From positions 1 through 39,169 of the forward strand of contig CAWUMD010000001.1 in assembly GCA_963923365.1 (NCBI GenBank): a stretch of DNA of 39,169 bases, written 5' to 3'. The notes beneath the pieces are model-generated. The model saw only the letters and a program-made list of their open reading frames with translations. It had not been told where the DNA came from and made no database searches. This DNA is from an uncultured bacterium. GTDB taxonomy: Bacteria; Cyanobacteriota; Cyanobacteriia; Synechococcales; Synechococcaceae. Position 1 is the stretch's first letter, and every line of letters starts with the position of its first letter. This document shows positions 19,647 through 30,066 of the stretch, in pieces. The translations under genes and the position numbers were made by a program.

Positions 19647-20624
19647 TCAGGTAAGGGCGTAGAAGTTGCCGTCGAGCAGCAGGCGGTCGATGCCCTTGGC
19701 CACCAGCCAGCGGCGGGTCTTGAGCAGTACCTGACTGTCGGGCACCTTGATCACCCGCTGGTTCTTGTTGCAGAAGCGGCGGGCGCTGCGCGGGCTGTCG
19801 AACACCGGCAGGGCTGTTGAGGCGTTCTCCAGTCCGAGATTCTGGAACGCCTCGGGCGAACAGGTCACCAGTTCCGCCAGCCGATCGACCACGATGTAGC
19901 AGGAGCGTGGCAGCGTGCTGCTTTCCAGGGGGCGGGTATCGATGGCATGCATGGCCGCCAGGGCGGTTTCCCCCTCACTGTCGGCGTCGCCACTCTCGTC
20001 CTCGCCGAAGTCCTCGAAGTCGTCCTCGCCGAACTCGTCGCCCTCGGTACTGATGCTGGCGGCCGGAATCTCCAGGTCTTCCTCGTCTCCCTCGTCCTCG
20101 GAGCTGGCCTCAACCATCGGAGCGGCAGGCTGGCGCCGGACAGGCTTGGCGGGGCGCCGGTCCGAAAGGGTGGGAGAGGGCTCAGACGGCTCGACTTCGT
20201 CGCTCACCGGGCTAGCCTCCGGTCCTGCGGCTTCGCTGCCGGTCCGGCTGGCGGCAGAGCTGCGACGGCGACGGCTGCGGCGTCGGCGATCGCTACTCTC
20301 GCTGCCGGGTGCGCTTTCGGAGTCGAGATCCGCCGTTTCGACTGGGCTGGCCTCCGATTCCTGCTGGGGCAGTTCCAGTTGCTCAGTTCTGGGCTCAGGC
20401 GTTTCAGATACGGGGGCTGCGGCCCCGCTGGTGCGACTGAGGCCGCGCTTGCGACGGCTCAGTTCCTGGTAGCTAGCCTCGCCCAGCCCGGTCTTGAGGA
20501 TGCGACCCACGGTGCTGGCGCTGACGCCGAACTGCTCCGCCAGGGCACTGGCCGTGTCATCGGTCTGCTGGTACCGCTCCAGAATCGCCTGTTTGTCCGT
20601 CTCGGAAAGTTTGGCGGAGGACAT
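19647..20624 (-). CDS. hypothetical protein: N-terminal HTH, long Ser/Arg then Asp/Glu-rich linker, conserved-looking C-terminal domain
   Basis: The N-terminus DKQAILERYQQTDDTASALAEQFGVSASTVGRILK is HTH-like. The middle region is strongly biased. The C-terminal ~110 aa is ordinary-composition. Confidence 0.65.
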   Translation of the reverse strand: MSSAKLSETDKQAILERYQQTDDTASALAEQFGVSASTVGRILKTGLGEASYQELSRRKRGLSRTSGAAAPVSETPEPRTEQLELPQQESEASPVETADLDSESAPGSESSDRRRRSRRRRSSAASRTGSEAAGPEASPVSDEVEPSEPSPTLSDRRPAKPVRRQPAAPMVEASSEDEGDEEDLEIPAASISTEGDEFGEDDFEDFGEDESGDADSEGETALAAMHAIDTRPLESSTLPRSCYIVVDRLAELVTCSPEAFQNLGLENASTALPVFDSPRSARRFCNKNQRVIKVPDSQVLLKTRRWLVAKGIDRLLLDGNFYALT

Positions 20625-20702
20625 GGCGCAGCCCAGTCAGAGAAACGCTTTCCATTCTATCGCTGCGGGGTCGGTGGCCCGCTAGGATAGGTACTGCCTG
20701 CG

Positions 20703-20775
<73 letters not shown>

Positions 20776-20871
20776 TCTTCCCACCCCCAACGGCTTCCAT
20801 CCGGACGCTGTTGGGGCCGCCGTGTTCTGCGTGTGTAGCGGTGGTCGGCTCCACCGGAATGTCGGGTCGGC

Positions 20872-21081
20872 TCAGACGCTGCGGGCGCGGGCCCGCTCGA
20901 GGACCTCCAGGTAGAGATCCTCCGGGATGTCGCGGATGTCGTACTCGCTGGGCAGGAAGCCGTGGGCGTGGTTGTGGACTGCCAGCCAGCAGTTGCGCTC
21001 CACCGCCGGATCGGTGTCGGCATAGGAGCGGGCCTCGGCCACCAGCCGCTCGATCAGCTGGTCGCGGGTTTCGTTGCTCAT
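20872..21081 (-). CDS. hypothetical small protein, 69 aa
   Basis: The sequence begins MSNETRDQLIERLVAEARSYADTDPAVERNCWLAVHNHAHGF. It lies 32 nt downstream of the GT2 gene on the same strand. The track's 185-aa version overlaps the GT2 gene in another frame. No family recognised. Confidence 0.45.
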   Translation of the reverse strand: MSNETRDQLIERLVAEARSYADTDPAVERNCWLAVHNHAHGFLPSEYDIRDIPEDLYLEVLERARARSV

Positions 21082-21113
21082 GGGTGATTGATGGAAGATT
21101 CGGTGTTCCGATT

Positions 21114-22229
21114 TTAGGAAGTGCGGTCCACCCAGTTGAGCTTGCGGTTGAGCCAGAAGTTCCAGCAGAAGACCAGGGCGATCGCCAGCAGGTTCGCCAG
21201 CAGGTAGTTGATGCCGATCACCTTGGCGAACAGCAGCAGCAGCAGGGTACTGATGCCGATCCCGGCGGCGCAGATCAGGTTGAACTTGAGCAGCCGCTTG
21301 GGCCACTGGCGCTGCTGTCGGGGTGTCATCGCCAGCCGTCGGAAGGTCCAGCGGTCGTTGAGGGCGAAGTTCCAGAACACGGTCAGTTCCGCTGACATCA
21401 GCTTGGCCCAGAACAGCGGAATCCCCCACTGACCATGGAACAGGAACAGCAGCAGGGTATCCACCAGCACGCCGCTGCCGCCCACCACCCCGAAGCGCAG
21501 GAAGTAGTTACGCCGCCACAGGGCCAGCCGCAGCCGTCCCAGGTGACTGAGGTAGGCGAGATATTCTTGGCGGCTGACCTTGCTGGCGCCCTGGGTGCGC
21601 TCCCGGAAGACGTAGGGCACCTCGGCGATGCGGGCCGGGCGCCCGCGGCCGATGCTCTCGATCAGGATCTTGTAGCCCTGGGGCTTCATCTCCTCCAGGG
21701 GCAGCAGCTCGCGGCGCACCAGGAAGAAGCCGCTCATCGGGTCGGTAACCCGGCCCAGTACCTCCGGCAGCAGCAGCAGCCCCAGCAGTTGGGCACCGCG
21801 GGAGGTGAAGCGCCGGAACAGGCTCCAGTCACTGACACCACCGCCCTCGATGTTGCGGCTGGCCACCGCCAGGTCGGCCCCCTCCCGCATCCGCTGCAGC
21901 AGGTCACCCAGTACCTCGGGCGGGTGCTGCAGGTCGCCGTCAATCACCCCGACGACGGAGCCCTGTGCCTGCTGCCAGCCGTGAACGACCGCCGTGGCCA
22001 GTCCGCGCTCGCCCTGACGGCGGCAGACCCGAACCTGGGGCAGCACCTGGGCCACCTCAGCGGCGATCGCCCAGGTGCGGTCCGGGCTGTCATCGTCCAC
22101 CACCAGAATCTCGTAGCCCTCCGGGCAGACCGGGTCGAGCACCGCCACCAGTGTCTTCAGCACATCCCGGATGTTGTCCGCCTCGTTGTAGGTCGGGACC
22201 ACCAGGGACAGAAACGGGGTGTCGGGCAT
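21114..22229 (-). CDS. family 2 glycosyltransferase (polyprenyl-phosphate sugar synthase-like) fused to a C-terminal GtrA-like membrane domain
   Basis: LSLVVPTYNEADNI, LVVDDDSPD and IDGDLQHPP are GT2 DxD-type motifs. The C-terminal FLRFGVVGGSGVLVDTLLLFLF...NFALNDRWTF is GtrA-like. Confidence 0.85.
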   Translation of the reverse strand: MPDTPFLSLVVPTYNEADNIRDVLKTLVAVLDPVCPEGYEILVVDDDSPDRTWAIAAEVAQVLPQVRVCRRQGERGLATAVVHGWQQAQGSVVGVIDGDLQHPPEVLGDLLQRMREGADLAVASRNIEGGGVSDWSLFRRFTSRGAQLLGLLLLPEVLGRVTDPMSGFFLVRRELLPLEEMKPQGYKILIESIGRGRPARIAEVPYVFRERTQGASKVSRQEYLAYLSHLGRLRLALWRRNYFLRFGVVGGSGVLVDTLLLFLFHGQWGIPLFWAKLMSAELTVFWNFALNDRWTFRRLAMTPRQQRQWPKRLLKFNLICAAGIGISTLLLLLFAKVIGINYLLANLLAIALVFCWNFWLNRKLNWVDRTS

Positions 22230-22318
22230 GGACGGGGCTCAGGGGGCGATCGCCACCTTATCAGGCGCCGGGATCGATCTCCGGTCCCCTTCAGCCACTT
22301 TTACGAAGGGACGGGCTT

Positions 22319-25300
22319 TCAGGTGTCCAGGACGGCACTGCGGTCCAGCAGCAGCAGATCCCGCAGCTGGCTGGTGTCGAGGTCCGTCAGCCAGTCCTCC
22401 CCGGCACCGACCACCTGCTCCGCCAGGGTCTGTTTGCTGGCGATGATTGCGTCGATTCGTTCCTCCAGGGTCCCGGCGCAGACGAACTTGTGCACCTGCA
22501 CATTGCGGCGTTGGCCGATGCGGAAGGCCCGGTCCGTGGCCTGGTTCTCCACCGCCGGGTTCCACCAGCGGTCGAAGTGGAAGACGTGGTTGGCACGAGT
22601 GAGGTTGAGGCCGACGCCCCCGGCCTTCAGCGAGAGGATGAACACCGGCGGTGCCTGGGGGTCTTCCTGGAAGCGCTGCACCATCGCCTCCCGGTCGGCC
22701 CGCTTCGTGGCCCCGGTGAGCAGCAGGACTTCCCGGCCCAGCCGCTGCTGCAGCCGCTGGCGCAGCAGATCGCCCATCTCGGCGAACTGGGTGAAGATCA
22801 GGGCACGATCGCCCTCCTCCAGCAGTTCGTCGAGCATTTCCTCCAGCCGCTGCAGCTTGGCCGAGCGATCGCCGAAGTCCTCGCCCACCCGGCTGGCCTT
22901 CGCCAGCAGTTCCGGGTGGTCGCAGATTTGCTTGAGTCGGGTCAGCAGGGCGAGAATCCGGCCGCGTCGCTGGATGCCACCGACAATCTCGATCTCGCTC
23001 AGGGCGGCGTTGACGGCCTTCTCGTACAGTTCCGCCTGCTCCGCCGTCAGGCCGGTGAAGACGTTCATCTCCTGCTTCTCGGGCAGGTCGGCGATGATGC
23101 TGCGATCGGTCTTGAGGCGGCGCAGCAGGAACGGCTGCACCAGACTGCGCAGCTGCTGCAGCGAGGCCCCATCGCCGAAGCGCTCGATCGGCACGGCGTA
23201 GCGCTTCTGGAAGAAGCTGCGGTTGCCCAGGTAGTCCGGGTTGAGGAAGTCCATGATTGCCCACAGTTCTCCCAGCCGGTTCTCCACCGGCGTGCCCGTG
23301 AGGGCAATACGGAAGTTGCTCAGCTCCGACTCCCGCCGGGCCAGCTGACGCACCGCCAGTGACTGCTTGGCTTCGGCATTCTTGATGTTCTGGGCCTCAT
23401 CCAGCACCACTCCCTGCCAGTCGACCATCTCCAGGGTCTTCAGATCCCGGTGTACGAGGGCGTAGCTGGTCAGCACCAGATCGCAGTCCTGCACGGCCTT
23501 GCCCAGGGGTTTGCCCTGCAGCCTATCCGGGCCGTAGTGCAGGTGCAGCTTCAGATCCGGTGCGAAGCGGCGGGCCTCCCGCTCCCAGTTACCCAGCACC
23601 GACGTGGGGCAGATCAGCAGGGTCGGACCTTCACGCTGGTCGGTTTCCTTGAGGTGCAGCAGGAAGGCCAGGAACTGGATGGTCTTACCCAGGCCCATGT
23701 CATCTGCCAGACAGGCTCCCAGGCTCCAGCGCTGCAGGAAGGCCAGCCAGCCGGCCCCCCGGGACTGGTAGGGCCGCAGGGTAGCTTTCAGCCCCTCGGG
23801 AGTCGGCAGATCCTCAGGCTGGGCCTTGCCACTGAGGGTATCCACCAGCTCCGTCAGCAGCCCGGCAGCATCGAACTGCACCACCGGCAGCTTGCCAATG
23901 GTCTGCATGTCGCCGCTGACCAGCCGCAGGGCGTCCTCCAGACTGAGGCTGGTGCGCTTCTGGCGCTGAGCGAAGAAGTCCCGGGCGGCGCGCACGTCGC
24001 TGGCCCGCAGCTCCACCCATTCGCCGCCGATTTCCACCAGCGGTACCTCGCGGCTGGCCAGTTCCTCGAACTGGGCCTGGGTGAGGCTCTGGCCGCCGAT
24101 GCTCAGCTCCCAGCGGAACTGCAGCAGACTCTGAAGACCGAGGCTAGCCCGTCCCGGCAGGCTGGCGTTCACCCGCAGCCCAAGACGGCTGGCGAGATCC
24201 CCCCGCAGGCCCGATGGCAGCAGTACCCCTAGCCCCTGCTCCTGCAGCTGCGGCATCAGTCGCCGCAGGAAGTCGTAGGCCTGCAGGGCCGTCAGCGGCA
24301 GGGAAGTTGGTGTCGGTTGCTCCAGCACCGGGGCCAGCTCCGGCCAGAGGCCCAGCACCTGCCCTAGCCCGGCCAGCAGCCGCTCCTGGGGCTGGCGCAC
24401 CAGTCGACCCTGCCAGAGACGTTCGGCCTCGGCCTGGGCCCAGATCTCGGCGGCGCTGAGGAACTGCTCCGGGTCATCTTCCGGCTGCAGGCCGAAGTCC
24501 ACCTGCCAGTTGGCGGCTCCCTCTGCGGGCGGCACCAGCCGGAAGCAGGTGCGCCAGGGTTCGTAGGCGACGGGCAGGGGCTGTAGCCAGCGCTGCAGGG
24601 CAAACTGCAGCCGTTCCCGGACTGCTTCGGGCACCGGCTCCGCGTCAGTTCCCAGGTGACGCACCCAGTCCTGCAGCGGCGGCTTGAGGGCGTCGGCATC
24701 CAGGGGGAAGCTGCGGCGCAGGCGGGCATCTGCCAGCCAGTCGAGGGCGGCAATCAGCGGCTGACGGCGATCGCCCTGCCAGGGACAGGCCAGGACGGCG
24801 GGGCCTGTGGCCAGACAGAGGGCAGGCATCCGGGCGGCGAACTGCTCCAGCAGACGACGGTCGGTGGGGCTCTCCAGCAGCACCCGCCAGCGGGCACGAT
24901 CGCCCACCAGGGTCGGATAGAAGCGGCCCCGGCCCACCAGACTCAGCACCCAGCGGTTGACCTGGCTCCAGAAGCGCAGACTGCCGCTCAACTGACTGTC
25001 GCCGAGGGCCAGTCCGCCCAGGAACTGCAGGGTGGCGGCAGCATCCAGGGCCAGACCGGCCACCCGCCAGGGGAACAGCAGCGTGGCCTCCGCCAGCCCG
25101 GGGGCCGCCGCGGCGATCGCCACCAGCGTCTTCTGCTTAGCGCGCCCCTTCTCCTCCGCCAGACTGGGCAGGGTGAGGCTGACCGCAGTCGGCTGGGGGG
25201 CAGGCCCCAGGGGGGGCAGCTGAGTCCCCAGCTCCTCTGGCGGAATCGCGAAAGGGTAGTCCGGCAGGTCACTCAGCTCCGCCAGCGGCAGCGACCGATT

Positions 25301-25360
25301 GGGGCACCAGCGATCGCCCCAGACCAGGAAGCGATCGCCGTCGAACAGTCCGTGCAGCAT
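22319..25360 (-). CDS. SNF2-family helicase/ATPase with a ~500-aa bacterial SNF2-associated N-terminal region
   Basis: LRPYQSRGAGWL, LADDMGLGKTIQ, VLDEAQNIKN, LTGTPVENRL and QATDRAFRIGQ are SNF2 motifs I-VI. Confidence 0.9.
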   Translation of the reverse strand: MLHGLFDGDRFLVWGDRWCPNRSLPLAELSDLPDYPFAIPPEELGTQLPPLGPAPQPTAVSLTLPSLAEEKGRAKQKTLVAIAAAAPGLAEATLLFPWRVAGLALDAAATLQFLGGLALGDSQLSGSLRFWSQVNRWVLSLVGRGRFYPTLVGDRARWRVLLESPTDRRLLEQFAARMPALCLATGPAVLACPWQGDRRQPLIAALDWLADARLRRSFPLDADALKPPLQDWVRHLGTDAEPVPEAVRERLQFALQRWLQPLPVAYEPWRTCFRLVPPAEGAANWQVDFGLQPEDDPEQFLSAAEIWAQAEAERLWQGRLVRQPQERLLAGLGQVLGLWPELAPVLEQPTPTSLPLTALQAYDFLRRLMPQLQEQGLGVLLPSGLRGDLASRLGLRVNASLPGRASLGLQSLLQFRWELSIGGQSLTQAQFEELASREVPLVEIGGEWVELRASDVRAARDFFAQRQKRTSLSLEDALRLVSGDMQTIGKLPVVQFDAAGLLTELVDTLSGKAQPEDLPTPEGLKATLRPYQSRGAGWLAFLQRWSLGACLADDMGLGKTIQFLAFLLHLKETDQREGPTLLICPTSVLGNWEREARRFAPDLKLHLHYGPDRLQGKPLGKAVQDCDLVLTSYALVHRDLKTLEMVDWQGVVLDEAQNIKNAEAKQSLAVRQLARRESELSNFRIALTGTPVENRLGELWAIMDFLNPDYLGNRSFFQKRYAVPIERFGDGASLQQLRSLVQPFLLRRLKTDRSIIADLPEKQEMNVFTGLTAEQAELYEKAVNAALSEIEIVGGIQRRGRILALLTRLKQICDHPELLAKASRVGEDFGDRSAKLQRLEEMLDELLEEGDRALIFTQFAEMGDLLRQRLQQRLGREVLLLTGATKRADREAMVQRFQEDPQAPPVFILSLKAGGVGLNLTRANHVFHFDRWWNPAVENQATDRAFRIGQRRNVQVHKFVCAGTLEERIDAIIASKQTLAEQVVGAGEDWLTDLDTSQLRDLLLLDRSAVLDT

Positions 25361-25368
25361 GGGAGCTC

Positions 25369-25764
25369 CTACGCCTTCTTAATCCAGCCAAGCCCGAGGG
25401 CGGCATCGAGGGCCAGACGTCCGCAGAGGAAGGGCAGCAGCACTGCGCCCAGATCCGTGGCTACCGGCAGGGGTTCCAGTTGGGGCCATTGCCCCTCGAT
25501 CAGGGTCAGCCCCCGCACCAGTCCGAAGGCGCCCACCGCTCCGCTGCCCAGGTGCCGGTTGCTGTCGTCGCGTATCACGTAGCGGTAGGTGATCCCGAAC
25601 AGAAACCCGCAGAGGCCGCTGGCCAGGGCCGCCAGCCAGAGGGTCTCCTGACTCGGCCGCAGGGGCGCGAGCAGAGCCCCGCAGCCCAGGGCAACAATCC
25701 CACTGAGCAGACCGGCTTTGACCGATTCCATCCGGTCGGCGAAATCAGGGCGGGACGCAAGCAT
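25369..25764 (-). CDS. hypothetical membrane protein
   Basis: Four hydrophobic segments. Its TAG stop (25369-25371) lies 8 nt before the SNF2 ATG and overlaps the SNF2 GGAG RBS. The start is the ATG at 25764, or alternatively 25827. Confidence 0.5.
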   Translation of the reverse strand: MLASRPDFADRMESVKAGLLSGIVALGCGALLAPLRPSQETLWLAALASGLCGFLFGITYRYVIRDDSNRHLGSGAVGAFGLVRGLTLIEGQWPQLEPLPVATDLGAVLLPFLCGRLALDAALGLGWIKKA

Positions 25765-25853
25765 GGACAACGTCTGGCACTGTTCTTGAGAATAGGAGAA
25801 AGAGCCCGATACGGCATGATGGAACAAGCAGAATTCCGGCGTGCCCGCGCTCC

Positions 25854-28478
25854 ATGGCCCCTCGTCTGTCCGGCGATCAGATCCGCGAAACCTTCCTGAA
25901 ATTCTTTGAGGGCAAGGGCCACACCCGCCTCGCCAGTGCTTCCCTGATCCCTGAAGACCCGACGGTGCTGCTGACCATCGCGGGCATGCTTCCCTTCAAG
26001 CCGATCTTCCTCGGTCAGCGTGAGGCCGAGGTGCCCCGGGCGACCACGTCCCAGAAATGCATCCGCACCAACGACATCGAGAATGTCGGTCGCACGGCGC
26101 GGCACCACACCTTCTTCGAGATGCTGGGTAACTTCAGCTTCGGCGATTACTTCAAGAAGGAAGCGATCGCCTACGCCTGGGAACTGGTGACCGGCGTCTA
26201 CCAGGTGCCCGCCGCCAACCTGGCGGTGAGTGTCTACGAGGAGGATGACGAAGCCTACGCCATCTGGCGCGACCAGATCGGGGTGGCGGAGGCGCGGATC
26301 AAGCGCATGGGCGCCAAGGACAACTTCTGGACCTCCGGCCCTACCGGCCCCTGCGGTCCCTGCTCGGAGATCTACTACGACTTCCATCCCGAGCGCGGCG
26401 ACGCTGACATCGACCTCGAGGATGACAGCCGCTTCATCGAGGTCTACAACCTCGTGTTCATGCAGTACAACCAGGACGCCGAGGGCAACCTCACGCCCCT
26501 GGAGAAGCAGAACATCGACACTGGCATGGGCCTGGAGCGCATGGCCCAGGTGCTGCAGCAGGTGCCGAACAACTACGAAACCGATCTGATCTTCCCGATC
26601 CTGGCCAAGGCGGCGGCGATCGCCGGGCTCGACTACGCCGCCCAGTCGGAGGAGACCAAGACCTCTCTGAAGGTGATCGGCGATCACCTGCGGGCCGTCA
26701 CCCACCTGATCGCCGACGGCGTCAGTGCGTCCAACCTGGGGCGCGGCTACATTCTGCGGCGGCTGATCCGGCGGGTGGTGCGCCACGGCCGTCTGATCGG
26801 TATCAATCGCCCCTTCACCGTCGAGGTAGCGGACACGGCGATCGCCCTGATGGCGGCCCAGTACCCCAACCTGCGGGAGCGGGAGAAGGTGATCCGGGCC
26901 GAGCTGGAGCGGGAGGAGCTGCGCTTCCTCGAAACCCTGGAGCGGGGCGAGAAGCTACTGGCGGAAATTCTGGAGCGTGAAACCGCCCAGGTCAGTGGTA
27001 AGGATGCCTTCATCCTCTACGACACTTTCGGCTTCCCCCTGGAACTGACTCAGGAAATCGCCGAGGAGCAGGGCCTGACCGTCGATCTCGAAGGCTTTGA
27101 AGCCGAGATGGAGGCCCAGCGCCAGCGCTCCCAGGCGGCTCACGAGACTATCGACCTGACGGTTCAGGGCTCCCTCGACCAACTGGCGGAGCACGTCCAC
27201 CCGACGCAGTTCTGCGGCTACGAGGACGCGGTGGCCACTGCCACGGTGGCGGCGGTGCTGGTGGACGGCAAGCCGGCCGAGGCCGCCGAAGCCGGTCAGA
27301 CCGTGCAGATTGTTCTCGACCACACCCCCTTCTACGCCGAGTCCGGCGGTCAGGTGGGCGATCGCGGCGTCCTCAGCGCCGACAACCTGATCGTGCGCAT
27401 CGACGACGTCCAGAAGGAATCGGGCATCTTCGTCCACTTCGGGCGGATCGAACGCGGCACCCTCCGCGTCGGTGACAGCGTCTCGGCCCAGATCGACCGT
27501 GCCTGCCGCCGTCGTGCCCAGGCCAACCACACCGCCACCCACCTGCTGCAGTCGGCCCTGAAGCTGATCGTCGATGAGGGCATTTCCCAGGCGGGCTCCC
27601 TGGTGGCCTTCGACCGCCTGCGCTTCGACTTCAACTGCCCGCGGGCGGTGACCGCCGATGAACTGGCCCAGATCGAGGATCTGATCAACCGCTGGATTGC
27701 AGAAGCCCACGGCACTGAGATCGCCGTCATGCCGATCGCCGAGGCCAAGGCCCGCGGTGCGGTGGCGATGTTCGGCGAGAAGTACGGCGCCGAGGTGCGG
27801 GTGATCGACGTGCCGGGGGTCTCCATGGAGCTGTGCGGCGGTACCCACGTCGCCAACACTGCTGAAATCGGTCTGTTCAAGATCATCAGCGAGGCCGGGG
27901 TGGCCTCTGGGGTGCGGCGGATCGAGGCTGTGGCCGGTCCGGCGGTGCTGGAGTACCTGAACGTCCGCGATGCGGTGGTACGTGACCTGGGCGATCGCTT
28001 CAAGGCCAAGCCCGAGGAACTGCCCGAGCGCATCTCCGCCCTGCAGGAGGAACTGAAGGCAACCCAGAAGCAGCTGGCGGCCCTCAAGGGTGAGCTGGCG
28101 ATCGCCAAGTCCGACGCTCTGCTCGGTCAGGCTCAGGCTCTGGGTGGTAACAAGCTGCTGGTGGCTCAGCTGGAGGGCGTCGATGCGACTTCCCTGCAGA
28201 CGGCGGCCGAGCGGCTGCAGCAGCAGTTGGGCGACGGTGGTGCCGTGGTGCTCGGCTCCGTACCAGAAGCCGACAAGGTCAGTCTGGTGGCGGCCTTCGG
28301 TCCGGCGGTGGTTGGCCAGGGCCTCAAGGCCGGTCAGTTCATCGGCGGCATCGCCAAGCTCTGCGGCGGTGGCGGCGGCGGTCGCCCCAACCTGGCCCAG
28401 GCCGGTGGCCGGGACGCGTCCAAGCTGCCCGAGGCCCTGGATCAGGCCCGTACCCAACTGCGGGAAGCCCTGAACTGA
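25854..28478 (+). CDS. alaS: alanine--tRNA ligase
   Basis: [37 protein letters not shown] and HTATHLL...CGGTH (editing domain) are AlaRS motifs. C-terminal DHHA1-like GGGGGRP. Confidence 0.97.
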   Translation: MAPRLSGDQIRETFLKFFEGKGHTRLASASLIPEDPTVLLTIAGMLPFKPIFLGQREAEVPRATTSQKCIRTNDIENVGRTARHHTFFEMLGNFSFGDYFKKEAIAYAWELVTGVYQVPAANLAVSVYEEDDEAYAIWRDQIGVAEARIKRMGAKDNFWTSGPTGPCGPCSEIYYDFHPERGDADIDLEDDSRFIEVYNLVFMQYNQDAEGNLTPLEKQNIDTGMGLERMAQVLQQVPNNYETDLIFPILAKAAAIAGLDYAAQSEETKTSLKVIGDHLRAVTHLIADGVSASNLGRGYILRRLIRRVVRHGRLIGINRPFTVEVADTAIALMAAQYPNLREREKVIRAELEREELRFLETLERGEKLLAEILERETAQVSGKDAFILYDTFGFPLELTQEIAEEQGLTVDLEGFEAEMEAQRQRSQAAHETIDLTVQGSLDQLAEHVHPTQFCGYEDAVATATVAAVLVDGKPAEAAEAGQTVQIVLDHTPFYAESGGQVGDRGVLSADNLIVRIDDVQKESGIFVHFGRIERGTLRVGDSVSAQIDRACRRRAQANHTATHLLQSALKLIVDEGISQAGSLVAFDRLRFDFNCPRAVTADELAQIEDLINRWIAEAHGTEIAVMPIAEAKARGAVAMFGEKYGAEVRVIDVPGVSMELCGGTHVANTAEIGLFKIISEAGVASGVRRIEAVAGPAVLEYLNVRDAVVRDLGDRFKAKPEELPERISALQEELKATQKQLAALKGELAIAKSDALLGQAQALGGNKLLVAQLEGVDATSLQTAAERLQQQLGDGGAVVLGSVPEADKVSLVAAFGPAVVGQGLKAGQFIGGIAKLCGGGGGGRPNLAQAGGRDASKLPEALDQARTQLREALN

Positions 28479-28536
28479 GAGATGCCGAGGGGAACCCGGC
28501 TGGCTATGCTGGACTCGGTTTCCCCGTGCCCGTCTG

Positions 28537-30066
28537 ATGCCCCTGTCCCGTGTCCGCCTGTCTGTCCCTGAGTCGGATCGGGGAGGTGGCGCCGGGATCC
28601 GGCAGGCCGATCTCCGCTGGGCCTGGGGGGCGATCGCCCTGCTGCTGGTTCTCCGCTTCGGCTACAGCGTCTGGGTTCCCCCCAATCCCGATGAGGCCTA
28701 CTACTGGCTCTGGGGACGTTACCCGGCCCTGTCCTACTACGACCACCCGCCGCTGCTGGCCTGGGTGCAGGGCCTGACGTACCAGCTGTTCGGCCGCTCG
28801 GCCTGGGCCCTGCGCCTGCCCACCTGGCTGTCGCTGGCGGGGCTGCTGGCCACTTACGCCTGGCTCCTGCGGCAGTTGAGCCCGCGCCACTGGCGATCGC
28901 TCTGGCCGATCCTGACAGCGACTCTCCTGGCCTCGCCCCTGTTCTTCAATTTCACGCTGCTGGCCTGGAACGATCACCTACTGCTGCTGACGGTGCTGCT
29001 GGCCAACACCAGTCTGCTGCAGTGGCTGCGTCCGGCGGCCGGTCAGCCACCTCGACGCCGCTGGCTGCTGCTGGCCTCCCAGGTGCTGGGGTTGGCCGGG
29101 CTGTGCAAGTATTCGGCCCTGCTGGTGGGGCTGGCGATGGGGCTGACGGTGCTGCTGACTCCCTCGGCGCGGCAACGGTTACATGATTGGCGCACCCTGC
29201 TGGCAGCAGTTTCCGGAGGCATTTGGTTACTGCCGGTACTGCTCTGGAACGCCCGCCACGGCCAGCAGTCCTTCGACTACTATCTGACCCGCACTGGGGG
29301 CTGGCAGTTCAAGCCGCTGGAGATGGTCGCCTTTTGGGTCTACGTGCTGCTGCTGCTCTCACCCCTGCTGGCGTGGTTGCTCTGGCAGGGTTGGCAACGT
29401 CTCCAAGGGCGGCTGCCCTCGATCTACCGACGGCTGGCGGTCTGGAACTGGGGTCTGACCCTGGCGGTGATGTCCTGGGTGGCGCTCACCTCCCTGGCCT
29501 ACTACTACTGGACTCTGACGGCCTGGCTGCTACTGCTGCCCCTGGTGCCACTGCTGCTGGCCCAGGGCCGCCGCCGCGATCGCCGCCTCTGGCGGGCCGG
29601 TCTCGGCTACGGTCTGCTGGCAGCGGCCCTGATCACAGTCAACTCCGGGGTGTTTCCCCTGGCGGCTCTGGGGGGCGATCTCAGCAGTGATCCGGACTCC
29701 CGCCTGCTGTTCGGCTGGTCCCAGGTGGTCCAGCAGGTCCGCCCCCGGCTGACCCGGGAACCCGAGCGGCAGCTGCTGACCACCGACTATCGCACCGGAG
29801 CGATCCTGGCCTGGCAGCTGGACAATCCCCGGGTGGCAGTCTGGTCCGATCGCCAGGACCAGTTCGATGTCTGGGCGACCCAGGCGGGGGGCGTGCTGCC
29901 GCCGGATGCTGCCGCTCTGATCCTCACGGACGATTGGCATCCCGTGCCGCCGGAGCTACAGCAGCACTTCCGGCACTGGCGATCGCTGTCCTCGATCGAA
30001 ATCCGCCGCTTCGGACGTCTGATTCAGCGTTACCACCTGGCGGAAGCGGAAGGCTGGCAGCCCTGA
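28537..30066 (+). CDS. ArnT/PMT-like (GT39/GT83) polyprenyl-phosphate-sugar-dependent glycosyltransferase
   Basis: Multi-pass membrane protein. The first periplasmic loop motif is PDEAYYWLWGRYPALSYYDHPPLLAW, typical of this family. Confidence 0.8.
   Translation: MPLSRVRLSVPESDRGGGAGIRQADLRWAWGAIALLLVLRFGYSVWVPPNPDEAYYWLWGRYPALSYYDHPPLLAWVQGLTYQLFGRSAWALRLPTWLSLAGLLATYAWLLRQLSPRHWRSLWPILTATLLASPLFFNFTLLAWNDHLLLLTVLLANTSLLQWLRPAAGQPPRRRWLLLASQVLGLAGLCKYSALLVGLAMGLTVLLTPSARQRLHDWRTLLAAVSGGIWLLPVLLWNARHGQQSFDYYLTRTGGWQFKPLEMVAFWVYVLLLLSPLLAWLLWQGWQRLQGRLPSIYRRLAVWNWGLTLAVMSWVALTSLAYYYWTLTAWLLLLPLVPLLLAQGRRRDRRLWRAGLGYGLLAAALITVNSGVFPLAALGGDLSSDPDSRLLFGWSQVVQQVRPRLTREPERQLLTTDYRTGAILAWQLDNPRVAVWSDRQDQFDVWATQAGGVLPPDAAALILTDDWHPVPPELQQHFRHWRSLSSIEIRRFGRLIQRYHLAEAEGWQP

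Noticed and set aside
20776-20871. tRNA-Arg as an integration hotspot or genomic island boundary
   Set aside because: There is no integrase or recombinase gene nearby. I did not see a second copy of the tRNA 3' end in the window. The hairpin ccccaac/gttgggg downstream lacks a T-tract.
21435-23362. 588-aa and 465-aa + strand ORFs
   Set aside because: Antisense to the GT2-GtrA and SNF2 genes. Composition-driven open frames.
25575-28457. 403-aa and 500-aa minus-strand ORFs
   Set aside because: Antisense shadows of alaS.
28479-28536. Possible terminator after alaS
   Set aside because: The ggggaacc / ggtttcccc pairing has a bulge and a 19-nt loop, and no T-tract follows.
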